A stretch of DNA of 55,794 nt from the IMG/VR virus record IMGVR_UViG_3300034374_009302, positions 1 through 55,794 of that record; one strand, 5' to 3'. Made by a program: the position numbers and the translations under genes. Position 1 is the stretch's first letter. Each line of letters begins with the position of its first letter. The notes beneath the pieces are model-generated. The model was not told the origin of the DNA and did not search any database. It was given only the letters and a program-made list of their open reading frames with translations. The stretch comes from a virus. Its lineage: Duplodnaviria; Caudoviricetes. Below, one piece after another: positions 27,949 to 36,279 of the stretch.

Positions 27949-29859
27949 TTATTTATAATCACTTAATTTTATTTTTTGTGTACCAATATCGACAACATAC
28001 TCATTGTTTTCAATGAATACTTTATAATCAACGGGTACTTGAACAGTGTTTCCACTACTATCTTTTTCTTCTCTGTAACTAGCAATAAGAATCTCTCCGT
28101 CCTTTTCCCAAATCGCATTCTTAACTAGTTCAGGTGCAGCTTCCTTAACGGCATCTACTGTTAATTCTAAAGTTCCTTCCTCATCAAAATCTATACCTTC
28201 TTCTTTCCCTTGACCTGTAATTGCATCCCAAGCACTACTTAGTCCAGAGGTCAAACCATTGGCAGCATCTTTTAAAAGTGTCCAAACATCGCCAACACCA
28301 TATCCTTTTGGGTTACCTGAAGCCCAAGCTAATAATTTTGATAATGCCGACTTTTCAAAGGTACCTACAATTGGAATTGCCCATTCAAATTCACCATCGG
28401 CAAATGTTTCTTTCAAATTTCTACCAGTTTTAACAATGAATTCTTCAATGAAACTTTCAAATTCTTCTTGAGATTCGGCTTCCGCATTTGGGTATGGAGC
28501 ATCTAAACCAAAAGAGGTGAATATTTTATTAATACCTAATTGAATATTTAATGACGACGCTAATGCTTGACCTGCATCGTAAATGACATTGGCCATAATA
28601 CTACCGTATTCCGCATATATTAAACTTACCATTGCATATGATAGAACTGCAGCTTTAGATGATGCTGAACTATTTCTTACGGCAATTTTATATAATTTAG
28701 AAAATTTAGCCCATTGACCTGTAATAAGATATTGTTTTAAATCTTCAGGCCAAACAACCTTAATCCATTTGGCACCTTTTTTCATATTAGAAGTTGTCGG
28801 TGTTGTACCTCCAATCCAATTTAACATTTGTTTTCTAAATGGAATAATATTTTTTATATTTTCACCTATTTCAACTCTTGGAATTATTTGTCCAAAAAAA
28901 CGTTTACCTAAATCATATATGTTAGAAGCAAAATTCGATGGGTCCTCTCTTCTTATTTCTCTAAAAATCTTAAAGGTGTCTTTATCAGAATTTTGAATAA
29001 CATTTTTTAATCTACTATCAATATCTAACTCCATTAAAGCTTTGGCAGCACCCTTATTTGCTTGCATCTCAAGTAGATTCAATTCTCTACTAATCGCTAC
29101 AGAATATGCATCTATTAATTCTTGAGCCTTTACAGGGTCAGTAATAGTATCCATATCGTTAGCAAATTGTTCACTTAATGCAATCATTCTTGCCTTTATT
29201 TTTTCAGTATCTTTAAATAAAGCCCTATAAAAATCACCAAACCATGTTTTACCACCTTTTGCGTTCGCGGCTTTGGCTAATTTTGAAATATTTAATTTTA
29301 TATAATCAGCGGAGTCTGCTAAATCACCCAATGACGTTTTTCTAAAAAATCTTCTTAGTGAGTCTTCAACAAACTTAGGTAGTGGGAGGTCAGAACCGCC
29401 TTGCATGAATTCTATAAATTCATCTGCAGTATTATACTCATCCACAATTCTGGCTAAATCCGAAACATCTGTTCCCGCAAGAATTTCAGCAATACTTTCC
29501 ATTAAAACTGCATCTATTTCAGGAACACCCTTACCTGCTAACTCTCTAAATACATATTTTAATGTTTCATCACTAAACTCATCTAAATTTGCAACAAATG
29601 AATCTAAACTATCAATATTTTTTAATTCCTTCTTAATAATGGAGTTAGGAGATTTTTTACCCGCAATGAATACATCATCAAACACTTTAGGGTCAATTGT
29701 TTGATATAATTTATTAGACTTAAATTTTCCAAATAATGACGTTAAAATATCATCTACAGCACCAGTTGATGCTTCACTAATAACATCCTTATTATAAGGT
29801 GTTACTTGAAATCCCATCAATTCTTTAATTCTAATATTTTCTTTTAATAGAGCGTCCAT
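27949..29859 (-). CDS. Large helical late-type protein with a hydrophobic segment
   Basis: 636 aa; leader MDALLKENIRIKELMG; AAVLSYAMVSLIYAEYGSIMANVIY; TATTTAT at 29872-29878. Confidence 0.7.
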   Translation of the reverse strand: MDALLKENIRIKELMGFQVTPYNKDVISEASTGAVDDILTSLFGKFKSNKLYQTIDPKVFDDVFIAGKKSPNSIIKKELKNIDSLDSFVANLDEFSDETLKYVFRELAGKGVPEIDAVLMESIAEILAGTDVSDLARIVDEYNTADEFIEFMQGGSDLPLPKFVEDSLRRFFRKTSLGDLADSADYIKLNISKLAKAANAKGGKTWFGDFYRALFKDTEKIKARMIALSEQFANDMDTITDPVKAQELIDAYSVAISRELNLLEMQANKGAAKALMELDIDSRLKNVIQNSDKDTFKIFREIRREDPSNFASNIYDLGKRFFGQIIPRVEIGENIKNIIPFRKQMLNWIGGTTPTTSNMKKGAKWIKVVWPEDLKQYLITGQWAKFSKLYKIAVRNSSASSKAAVLSYAMVSLIYAEYGSIMANVIYDAGQALASSLNIQLGINKIFTSFGLDAPYPNAEAESQEEFESFIEEFIVKTGRNLKETFADGEFEWAIPIVGTFEKSALSKLLAWASGNPKGYGVGDVWTLLKDAANGLTSGLSSAWDAITGQGKEEGIDFDEEGTLELTVDAVKEAAPELVKNAIWEKDGEILIASYREEKDSSGNTVQVPVDYKVFIENNEYVVDIGTQKIKLSDYK

Positions 29860-29897
29860 GTCTTTTAATTTATAAATATGTCTTATTTTTAATTATA

Positions 29898-31400
29898 CTA
29901 ATTTGAATTTAACTCATCCTCTATGTCTTTAAACATATCATCTTGTGAGAAATCATCAAATGTTGGTGTTGGTAAATTGTCATATGCCTTTATCGAATCT
30001 GACTTAGCTCGTACCAATAAGTGAAAGGCCGGTCTATGTTTTATTGAATCACCCACCATACCACTAAATGTTTTTGATGCTTTTTGAACTATTTTTTTAC
30101 CCTCTCTTGTGTTTGTATCAATACCGGAAGATAAACTATCAATTACTGTTTTCATATCATCAGGGTTATCAATTCCATTAGAGACAAACTCCTGAGCAGT
30201 TTCATATCCGTAATTATCAACTATACTTTGAACTAATAAATTCATTCTTTTATATTGCTCTTGACTAAAAGTGGTTGTATTAAAAATCTTCCAAATAACA
30301 ATCGTTAACGCCGTACCACCTTGCATACCAAGCTCTTTCCACCAGTCACGGTCCTTAAATGCCAATTTCTTTAAGAATTTCTGGCTTTTTGTGGTTTGTT
30401 TAACTATTTGTTGAATATCTTTAGCTATTAATTCTGGATTTTGTTTTATTACTCTCGAAAATGCATATTGTAAAGCTTCACCATTTGGTTCATTCTTTAA
30501 ACTATCATAAAATCTAGCCATATCGTCCGCATTCTTTATACCTGCTTTACTAACTCTTTCTGATAATTCTGCTGCCATCTCTTTAGTCAATTTACCCGCA
30601 AGACCCATAGACCTTAAAAGTCCCGGACTTAATACAGGTAAAAAAGAAAATACTATACTAAGATTGGCAGCAACAGGGTCACCTAAACTTCTTTCAGCAA
30701 TAGAGATTGGTATGTTTAGTGCTAATTCAAGACCAATTTCAAGTAATATTTTAAGAACTAAAGGTGTTGCAGTACCCGCAGTAAAAAACTCAACAGCAAT
30801 AATGATAAGGATACTACCAATTATTTGTATTGTAGTTCCCCATTCTTTAACTGTCTTTTCCCACCATGACATAAAATCTTCAGGATTTGGTGCTTCATAA
30901 AATGTACCATCCTTTGACCTATATCCGTTAAATACCCATTTATATTCTGTTTCTTTATTCAATAATATTGAGGTTCCATATTTCTTTCCTTTATCGGTGA
31001 AGCTTGAAACTGTCCCCAAGGGTAATAACCTATTTAAAACTTCTGCAGTTAAATCTTGGAAAAAGATATCATGGTTAGGATTTGCTTCTCTCCATTTCTG
31101 AATATATTCTACCGCATATGGGTAGTCAGAAGGAACTGCAATACTTTCTCTCATCTTTAGACTACCATTATCGGGAAAATAATTAGCGACAGGTCGTAGT
31201 GACCCATTATTAGGTGGTACCCCACCCGAAGGTTGATACTGTGTGATATACCCCGGTATTGGATATATATCCTCATCAGTAATTCCTTTATTTGGCTGTT
31301 CAGTTAAATTTTGAACTTTTACATTCTCACTAAGAGTTTTTGATAAATCATAACTCATTTTAAGTAAGATGTCCCTTAATATTTGTTCGTTTCTCACCAT
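29898..31400 (-). CDS. Late-type protein with a cluster of predicted membrane helices
   Basis: 500 aa; TIQIIGSILIIIAVEFFTAGTATPLVLKILL and AANLSIVFSFLPVL. Confidence 0.7.
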   Translation of the reverse strand: MVRNEQILRDILLKMSYDLSKTLSENVKVQNLTEQPNKGITDEDIYPIPGYITQYQPSGGVPPNNGSLRPVANYFPDNGSLKMRESIAVPSDYPYAVEYIQKWREANPNHDIFFQDLTAEVLNRLLPLGTVSSFTDKGKKYGTSILLNKETEYKWVFNGYRSKDGTFYEAPNPEDFMSWWEKTVKEWGTTIQIIGSILIIIAVEFFTAGTATPLVLKILLEIGLELALNIPISIAERSLGDPVAANLSIVFSFLPVLSPGLLRSMGLAGKLTKEMAAELSERVSKAGIKNADDMARFYDSLKNEPNGEALQYAFSRVIKQNPELIAKDIQQIVKQTTKSQKFLKKLAFKDRDWWKELGMQGGTALTIVIWKIFNTTTFSQEQYKRMNLLVQSIVDNYGYETAQEFVSNGIDNPDDMKTVIDSLSSGIDTNTREGKKIVQKASKTFSGMVGDSIKHRPAFHLLVRAKSDSIKAYDNLPTPTFDDFSQDDMFKDIEDELNSN

Positions 31401-31672
31401 ACCGGATTAGCTTTATCTCTACTTATCCCTGTTTCCCACTTAGAGGTCGTATCTATTGGATTGGCCTTACCTCTTGTTAAACCAGTTGTCCATACATCCA
31501 TTGCAGGTCCTGAAGGTGCTGGTTCACCCTCACCTTCTTGTTCATCAATCTCACCCTCATTTACGTCTTCATCATCAGGATAACAGTCACAACTTTCATC
31601 GTAACCATCCAACTCCTCGTCAAGACCCATGATTTCTTTAATTCGTGAAATATCTTCTTTTAACAATTCCAT
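31394..31672 (-). CDS. Small acidic late-type protein
   Basis: Leader MELLKEDISRIKEIMG; internal repeat WTTGLTRGKANP / WETGISRDKANP; TATTTAT at 31689-31695. Confidence 0.75.
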   Translation of the reverse strand: MELLKEDISRIKEIMGLDEELDGYDESCDCYPDDEDVNEGEIDEQEGEGEPAPSGPAMDVWTTGLTRGKANPIDTTSKWETGISRDKANPVW

Positions 31673-31696
31673 AAGGAAACATTTCTCTATAAATAG

Positions 31697-31728
31697 TTTG
31701 TTAGTAAAGAAAATAAAACATATATTTG
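31697..31728 (+). promoter_or_regulatory. Bacteroidota -33/-7 promoter
   Basis: TTTG (31697-31700), 20-nt spacer, TATATTTG (31721-31728). Confidence 0.7.
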
Positions 31729-31732
31729 TATT

Positions 31733-32104
31733 ATGAATGAAATGTATGAAATAGGATACCCCGTCTATGTAACTAGAAAAAACATTGTTGTCACAATTGA
31801 AGAATCTGAAATTGTGGAGGACACATTACTTTTTTATACTTCTGACGGATTATGTTACGCATATAATGAACTCATATTTTTAAAAGTACCCAATTATCAG
31901 GACCCAATACAAAATATGGTCAAGACTAGGTTAATGGAGTGCTTCACAAAAGAATCTTTACTATTAAAACAAATTGAAATTAAAAAACGTTTATCCGAAT
32001 ATGATAAAAGAAAAACTACTACCACTACTAATCTCACTTTTTTTGGTTGGTTGCGAAAAGTCCTATCCAACATACCCTTTATTGGACGGAGAATACGTAA
32101 TTGA
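31733..32104 (+). CDS. Hypothetical protein
   Basis: 123-aa ORF directly after the promoter. Confidence 0.6.
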   Translation: MNEMYEIGYPVYVTRKNIVVTIEESEIVEDTLLFYTSDGLCYAYNELIFLKVPNYQDPIQNMVKTRLMECFTKESLLLKQIEIKKRLSEYDKRKTTTTTNLTFFGWLRKVLSNIPFIGRRIRN

Positions 32105-32522
32105 TATCGTTGTTGCAAATTATGAATACCTAAATCAAAGGTATGACACCACATATTACGACGGTACATTCGTATTACCGAACCCAATAAGTCCACTGGA
32201 CTCTTTCGAGGTGGGCAAGACCAGATTTAAAATATCTTACAACAACCAAAGATTCTATTGGGATAAAGGAACTAATATCAATGGGTCACCTTGGGACTAC
32301 TCACCATATGCTGAAATGACTTTAGGAACCAACGTATATGGTCAATGGGAAAAATTTATATTGGATTTTTGGGATTTGAATGGTGAGAACATCCGAAGAC
32401 CTTTTATATTGATAGAACCACAGTCTACTGAACAATTTACATTAAGGATGACTCAATACCCTGATGTTGAAATGGGTTCGTCCGACGATATTAAGTTTGT
32501 GTTCTACAAAGTAGGTTTATAA
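32001..32522 (+). CDS. Putative lipoprotein
   Basis: ATG 32001 gives MIKEKLLPLLISLFLVGC (lipobox). Confidence 0.7.
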   Translation: MIKEKLLPLLISLFLVGCEKSYPTYPLLDGEYVIDIVVANYEYLNQRYDTTYYDGTFVLPNPISPLDSFEVGKTRFKISYNNQRFYWDKGTNINGSPWDYSPYAEMTLGTNVYGQWEKFILDFWDLNGENIRRPFILIEPQSTEQFTLRMTQYPDVEMGSSDDIKFVFYKVGL

Positions 32523-32547
32523 AAAAAGGAGGGTTTCCCCTCCTTTT
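32521..32547. terminator. Bidirectional terminator
   Basis: aaaaggaggg..ccctcctttt between convergent genes. Confidence 0.78.
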
Positions 32548-33001
32548 ATTTTTTTAGTATCTCTTGAATTGTTTCAATATTCTTAATGAACTTCTCAGGA
32601 TTGTTTTTCGCCCACTCTTTAATCGATGGTGGAAGTTGTGATTTCTCCAATTCTTCCATCACCAACACTGATAACTCTTTGTCTTTATCTTTAACCTGTT
32701 CACTCATTACATCACCGAAGACATGATATAACTGTCTGTTCAATGATGGTACACTCGTCTTAAATGAAATTTCATATCCGTTCTCATTTGCCCATTTCGT
32801 TAAACTCTTTGGGTCTAAAAACTTATCTTTCTGAAAGGGGAATTTACTCTTAAGTCTCTCTGGAGATGTATAAATACCGAAAATCTTCATTGACGGACTA
32901 ACAATCAAGGTTATCTTTTGACTATCAAGACCGAACATTGTTGATTTTTTTAGGTATATTTTACCTAATAGCTTCGATATTAATTCTTTTATATTCTCCA
33001 T
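32546..33001 (-). CDS. Hypothetical protein
   Basis: Start taken as ATG 33001 (MENIKEL), just downstream of TATTTAT at 33006-33012. Confidence 0.65.
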   Translation of the reverse strand: MENIKELISKLLGKIYLKKSTMFGLDSQKITLIVSPSMKIFGIYTSPERLKSKFPFQKDKFLDPKSLTKWANENGYEISFKTSVPSLNRQLYHVFGDVMSEQVKDKDKELSVLVMEELEKSQLPPSIKEWAKNNPEKFIKNIETIQEILKK

Positions 33002-33015
33002 ACCAATAAATATCA

Positions 33016-33315
33016 TCAACCCAACTCTGCGTCAGGTAAATTTCCCTTTACTATATAATATTCGTTCAAAAATGAGATGAGACTATCTTCGTCCATGTAT
33101 TCATCACCGTCTTCATCATCCCAATCCCATTCATCATCTTCCTCATCAAAGAAACCTTCAAATGTCTCCTCAACATATCCAAACTCCTCTAAAAACTCGT
33201 ATTCAATGATATCTTTTCTGACCATATCAAAGTCATCTTCCATCGTTCTGAACTCGACAGATAGAACGTTAGAATCTTTATTTATATAATGTGAAATTAT
33301 TTCTACTACTTCCAT
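33016..33315 (-). CDS. Small acidic hypothetical protein
   Basis: 99-aa D/E-rich ORF. Confidence 0.7.
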   Translation of the reverse strand: MEVVEIISHYINKDSNVLSVEFRTMEDDFDMVRKDIIEYEFLEEFGYVEETFEGFFDEEDDEWDWDDEDGDEYMDEDSLISFLNEYYIVKGNLPDAELG

Positions 33316-33392
33316 TTTAATTTTTGAATTAAATTCTTATTTTATTACAAATATCAAATTTTATCCCAAAAGATACACTTTAAACAAGATTT

Positions 33393-34031
33393 ATGAAAAT
33401 AACTTCAACAAACTTCGACAACGTTTACTTAATTGAGGAGGACGTTCATTTCGATGACCGAGGCTTTTTTATGGAAACATGGAATGAAATGTCTTATTCT
33501 GCAAAAGGTCTAATCAATGATTTACCTGGCGAGATGGCAGCCAAAGATGATGGTACAATGTTCAATACCTATTTTGTTCAGGATAACCTGTCTCAATCAA
33601 AACAAGGGGTTTTCAGAGGACTTCATTACCAAACAGGTCTACATGGTCAATCCAAATTAGTTAGAGTCTTACGTGGGGCGGTAGTGGATTTCATCGTTGA
33701 CTTAAGAGAGAAGTCAGACACCTACGGCAAGTTCGATTACTTCCTATTAAATGAATGGAATAAAAAATCTTTGTTTATCCCTCCGTATTTTGCTCACGGT
33801 TTCTTATCTTTGGAGGACGATACGATATTCACCTATAAGTGTGGAAACTATTACGACAAAACATCTGAGGGTAGTATTAATTACTCAGACCCTATCATCA
33901 GACACGTAAAAGATAATGACAGCACCATTGTGGATATCATATCAAGTTACATTCCTTATATTAATGAGGATAGTTTGAATATATCATATAAAGATAAACA
34001 CGCACCTAAATTCTTAAAACGTAAATACTGA
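33393..34031 (+). CDS. rmlC: dTDP-4-dehydrorhamnose 3,5-epimerase
   Basis: DDRGFFMETW, FVQDNLS.S..GV.RGLHYQ, QSKLV, D..VDLR, P..FAHGF, YKC.NYY. Confidence 0.92.
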   Translation: MKITSTNFDNVYLIEEDVHFDDRGFFMETWNEMSYSAKGLINDLPGEMAAKDDGTMFNTYFVQDNLSQSKQGVFRGLHYQTGLHGQSKLVRVLRGAVVDFIVDLREKSDTYGKFDYFLLNEWNKKSLFIPPYFAHGFLSLEDDTIFTYKCGNYYDKTSEGSINYSDPIIRHVKDNDSTIVDIISSYIPYINEDSLNISYKDKHAPKFLKRKY

Positions 34032-34032
34032 T

Positions 34033-34224
34033 ATGGAAATCATTAAAAACATGCAAGCTTTAGACAAAGCACGAAACATTATTCATTCTTGTGAGACTTA
34101 CAAACAATTGGACACAGCTCAAAGATTCTGTGAGTTATATTACGAAATGTTTGAAGACCGAGTAAACTACGAACGTTTACTTCGTGACATCACCGTTCGT
34201 AGAGCCGAACTTACTTTTGAATAA
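34033..34224 (+). CDS. Small hypothetical protein
   Basis: 63-aa ORF between rmlC and a terminator. Confidence 0.7.
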   Translation: MEIIKNMQALDKARNIIHSCETYKQLDTAQRFCELYYEMFEDRVNYERLLRDITVRRAELTFE

Positions 34225-34225
34225 T

Positions 34226-34252
34226 AAAAAACCCCTCACTTGGAGGGGTTTT
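34226..34252. terminator. Bidirectional terminator
   Basis: aaaacccctc-acttg-gaggggtttt. Confidence 0.78.
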
Positions 34253-34256
34253 ATTT

Positions 34257-35033
34257 TTAATATGCTACTTTACTACAACCACTTTTAATACAATCTTTTT
34301 CCCATGCTTGAAGTTCTTTTGTATTAGGTCCTTTCATTCTGTTAATATATTTAGGACAATCCCCACATTCCTTATTTCCACCTTTTTTAGGTCCACCTGC
34401 TCTCATACATTGGAAGAACGTATTTTGGAAACAATTACTATCATTAGATGATTTACACTTTTCAATGGCACTATACAAACATTTATTAATGGACTCAGAG
34501 TCTTTCATTTTAGAACTCCCACCATCAATTAAAGTCCACCAATCTTCTCTACCTTCTTTATCTTTATCTTTTGGTTTTTCGTTACAATCACATTGAGGTA
34601 ATTGTATACACCCACCCACTGGACTTGCATTTTGACTACCGAGTGCCGTAAGAGTTTTCTTACCAACAGACCCATCAACCGTCAATTTCATTGTCTCTTG
34701 AAATTCTTTAACCGCCTTTTGAGTTTCTTTTCTAAATTTACCATCACATTTAGTCCAGTCTTCTTTACACCCTTTGTTGATACCACCACCTTCTTTTTCA
34801 ACATTGAAACCACATTTAACCAATGCGTTTTGAATTTTTTTAACTACATCTCCATTTGACCCGAACTTTGCTTGTTTTCTTTCACAAAGAATATCACAAA
34901 GGTCATCGCCTTGTTGTATGATAGGTAATCTAGCCTCATTAATGACCGATTCTAAACTTTCCATAATAAGTCTTTCTTCCAATAATTTATTGGCTTCTTG
35001 AATATGTCTTATTTTGCTATAACTCTTTCTCAT
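34257..35033 (-). CDS. Cys-rich protein with a peptidoglycan-binding domain
   Basis: GS.G..V..IQNAL...G...DG.F...T..AV..FQ....L.VDG.VG..T..AL; leader MRKSYSKIRHIQEAN..LE..LIME. Confidence 0.78.
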   Translation of the reverse strand: MRKSYSKIRHIQEANKLLEERLIMESLESVINEARLPIIQQGDDLCDILCERKQAKFGSNGDVVKKIQNALVKCGFNVEKEGGGINKGCKEDWTKCDGKFRKETQKAVKEFQETMKLTVDGSVGKKTLTALGSQNASPVGGCIQLPQCDCNEKPKDKDKEGREDWWTLIDGGSSKMKDSESINKCLYSAIEKCKSSNDSNCFQNTFFQCMRAGGPKKGGNKECGDCPKYINRMKGPNTKELQAWEKDCIKSGCSKVAY

Positions 35034-35035
35034 GA

Positions 35036-35500
35036 TTAATTAAATTTCTTAAATCTGTTAAAATTCTCTAAGATTGATTCTCTCTGAGTTTTGAATGATT
35101 CGTGTAGGTCCTCGTCGATTTCTTCATACATACCACATTCCATACATTCTCCTTCTACTAATGCTGAACCACATTCTTCACACATTTCTTTTTCTTCCAA
35201 CTCCTCAACTGTTTCACCACCTTCCGGTCCTTGTGAAATAAAGTCATATGCCGGGTCAACAGCCGATACATCCATATCTGGAGCGTCAATAACCATTTGT
35301 TCGTGTAAGTTGTTGTCGTAAACTTTTACATCACCAGTATTACTTACCTGAAGACCGTTTTTATCTTGTGCCAAATCCTCAACCGTTAATGGTGTTTGGT
35401 TAGATGGAACATTTCCTGTCGCATAACCATCATAGAAACTTCTATGTGTGTTGAGGATTGATGCTCTCTCCTCGTCTGAAATCATTGTGTAACCTCTCAT
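35036..35500 (-). CDS. Acidic late-type protein with a small CxxC..CxxC zinc ribbon
   Basis: CEECG....GECMECG; leader ISDEERASILNTH; TATTTAT at 35517-35523. Confidence 0.7.
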   Translation of the reverse strand: MRGYTMISDEERASILNTHRSFYDGYATGNVPSNQTPLTVEDLAQDKNGLQVSNTGDVKVYDNNLHEQMVIDAPDMDVSAVDPAYDFISQGPEGGETVEELEEKEMCEECGSALVEGECMECGMYEEIDEDLHESFKTQRESILENFNRFKKFN

Positions 35501-35526
35501 AATGTAGTATTTTTATATAAATAGTG

Positions 35527-35558
35527 TTTGATTATGAAAATTTCTTATCTTACCTTTG
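35527..35558 (+). promoter_or_regulatory. Bacteroidota -33/-7 promoter
   Basis: TTTG, 20-nt spacer, TACCTTTG. Confidence 0.7.
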
Positions 35559-35574
35559 TATAAACGGATAAAAT

Positions 35575-35847
35575 ATGGAATACATGAACCTCACAAGAGA
35601 CGACATCAACGAAATGGCAGAAGGTGCCATAATTTTAGATAACTTAGACGGAGCCATTATTGGTGTTACAGAAGAGTTCGGTAACGGACCACGAATTCTC
35701 TATTCTGTAAATAAAATATTAGACATCCTCACCAATGGAGGTGCTATCGACCGAGAGGAAGCATTAGAATACTACTACTACAATATCGTTGGTGGGTATT
35801 TCGGTGAACAAAACCCAATTTTTTTATCCGACCATTTGGTATATTAA
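35575..35847 (+). CDS. Phage hypothetical protein
   Basis: D.AIIG...Y...KI..IL...EEA.EY..YNI.GGY.GE..PIF pattern, familiar from aquatic phages. Confidence 0.75.
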   Translation: MEYMNLTRDDINEMAEGAIILDNLDGAIIGVTEEFGNGPRILYSVNKILDILTNGGAIDREEALEYYYYNIVGGYFGEQNPIFLSDHLVY

Positions 35848-35889
35848 TTCATAAACCTTATCTTTGTTTAAGAATTAAAGATAAGAGTT

Positions 35890-36279
35890 ATGACAGTTAT
35901 TTCACCAAAGACCATCGGAACCGACTACAAAGAGAACAAGAAACTTGGACGTTTTATTCGTCAACAACGTTTCAACGTTAAGGACGAGGGTGGTTTGTCA
36001 GAAATAGACTTTCGTATTACCTATATCAAGCCTCACGATACTTGGGTTGGTGAAATCAAAGTCAATATCGTAGCAGCAGGTAAACTGAAGAGATGTTATT
36101 GGTATTCAACCAACGAGTCACTTTCATTAAAAGAGTATGGTTCTCGCACTTCATCTCGTAACCGCAATGAAGAAATCAGAAGAATGGCACGTGCAGAGTT
36201 GAGTAGTTTCCTGAAATACTTCGGTGTTAAAGGTTACAATATCACTGTAGGGACAATCAAAGTCGTAGATTCACTATAG
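35890..36279 (+). CDS. Basic hypothetical protein
   Basis: 129 aa; own promoter TTTG(35835)-N20-TATCTTTG(35859). Confidence 0.75.
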   Translation: MTVISPKTIGTDYKENKKLGRFIRQQRFNVKDEGGLSEIDFRITYIKPHDTWVGEIKVNIVAAGKLKRCYWYSTNESLSLKEYGSRTSSRNRNEEIRRMARAELSSFLKYFGVKGYNITVGTIKVVDSL

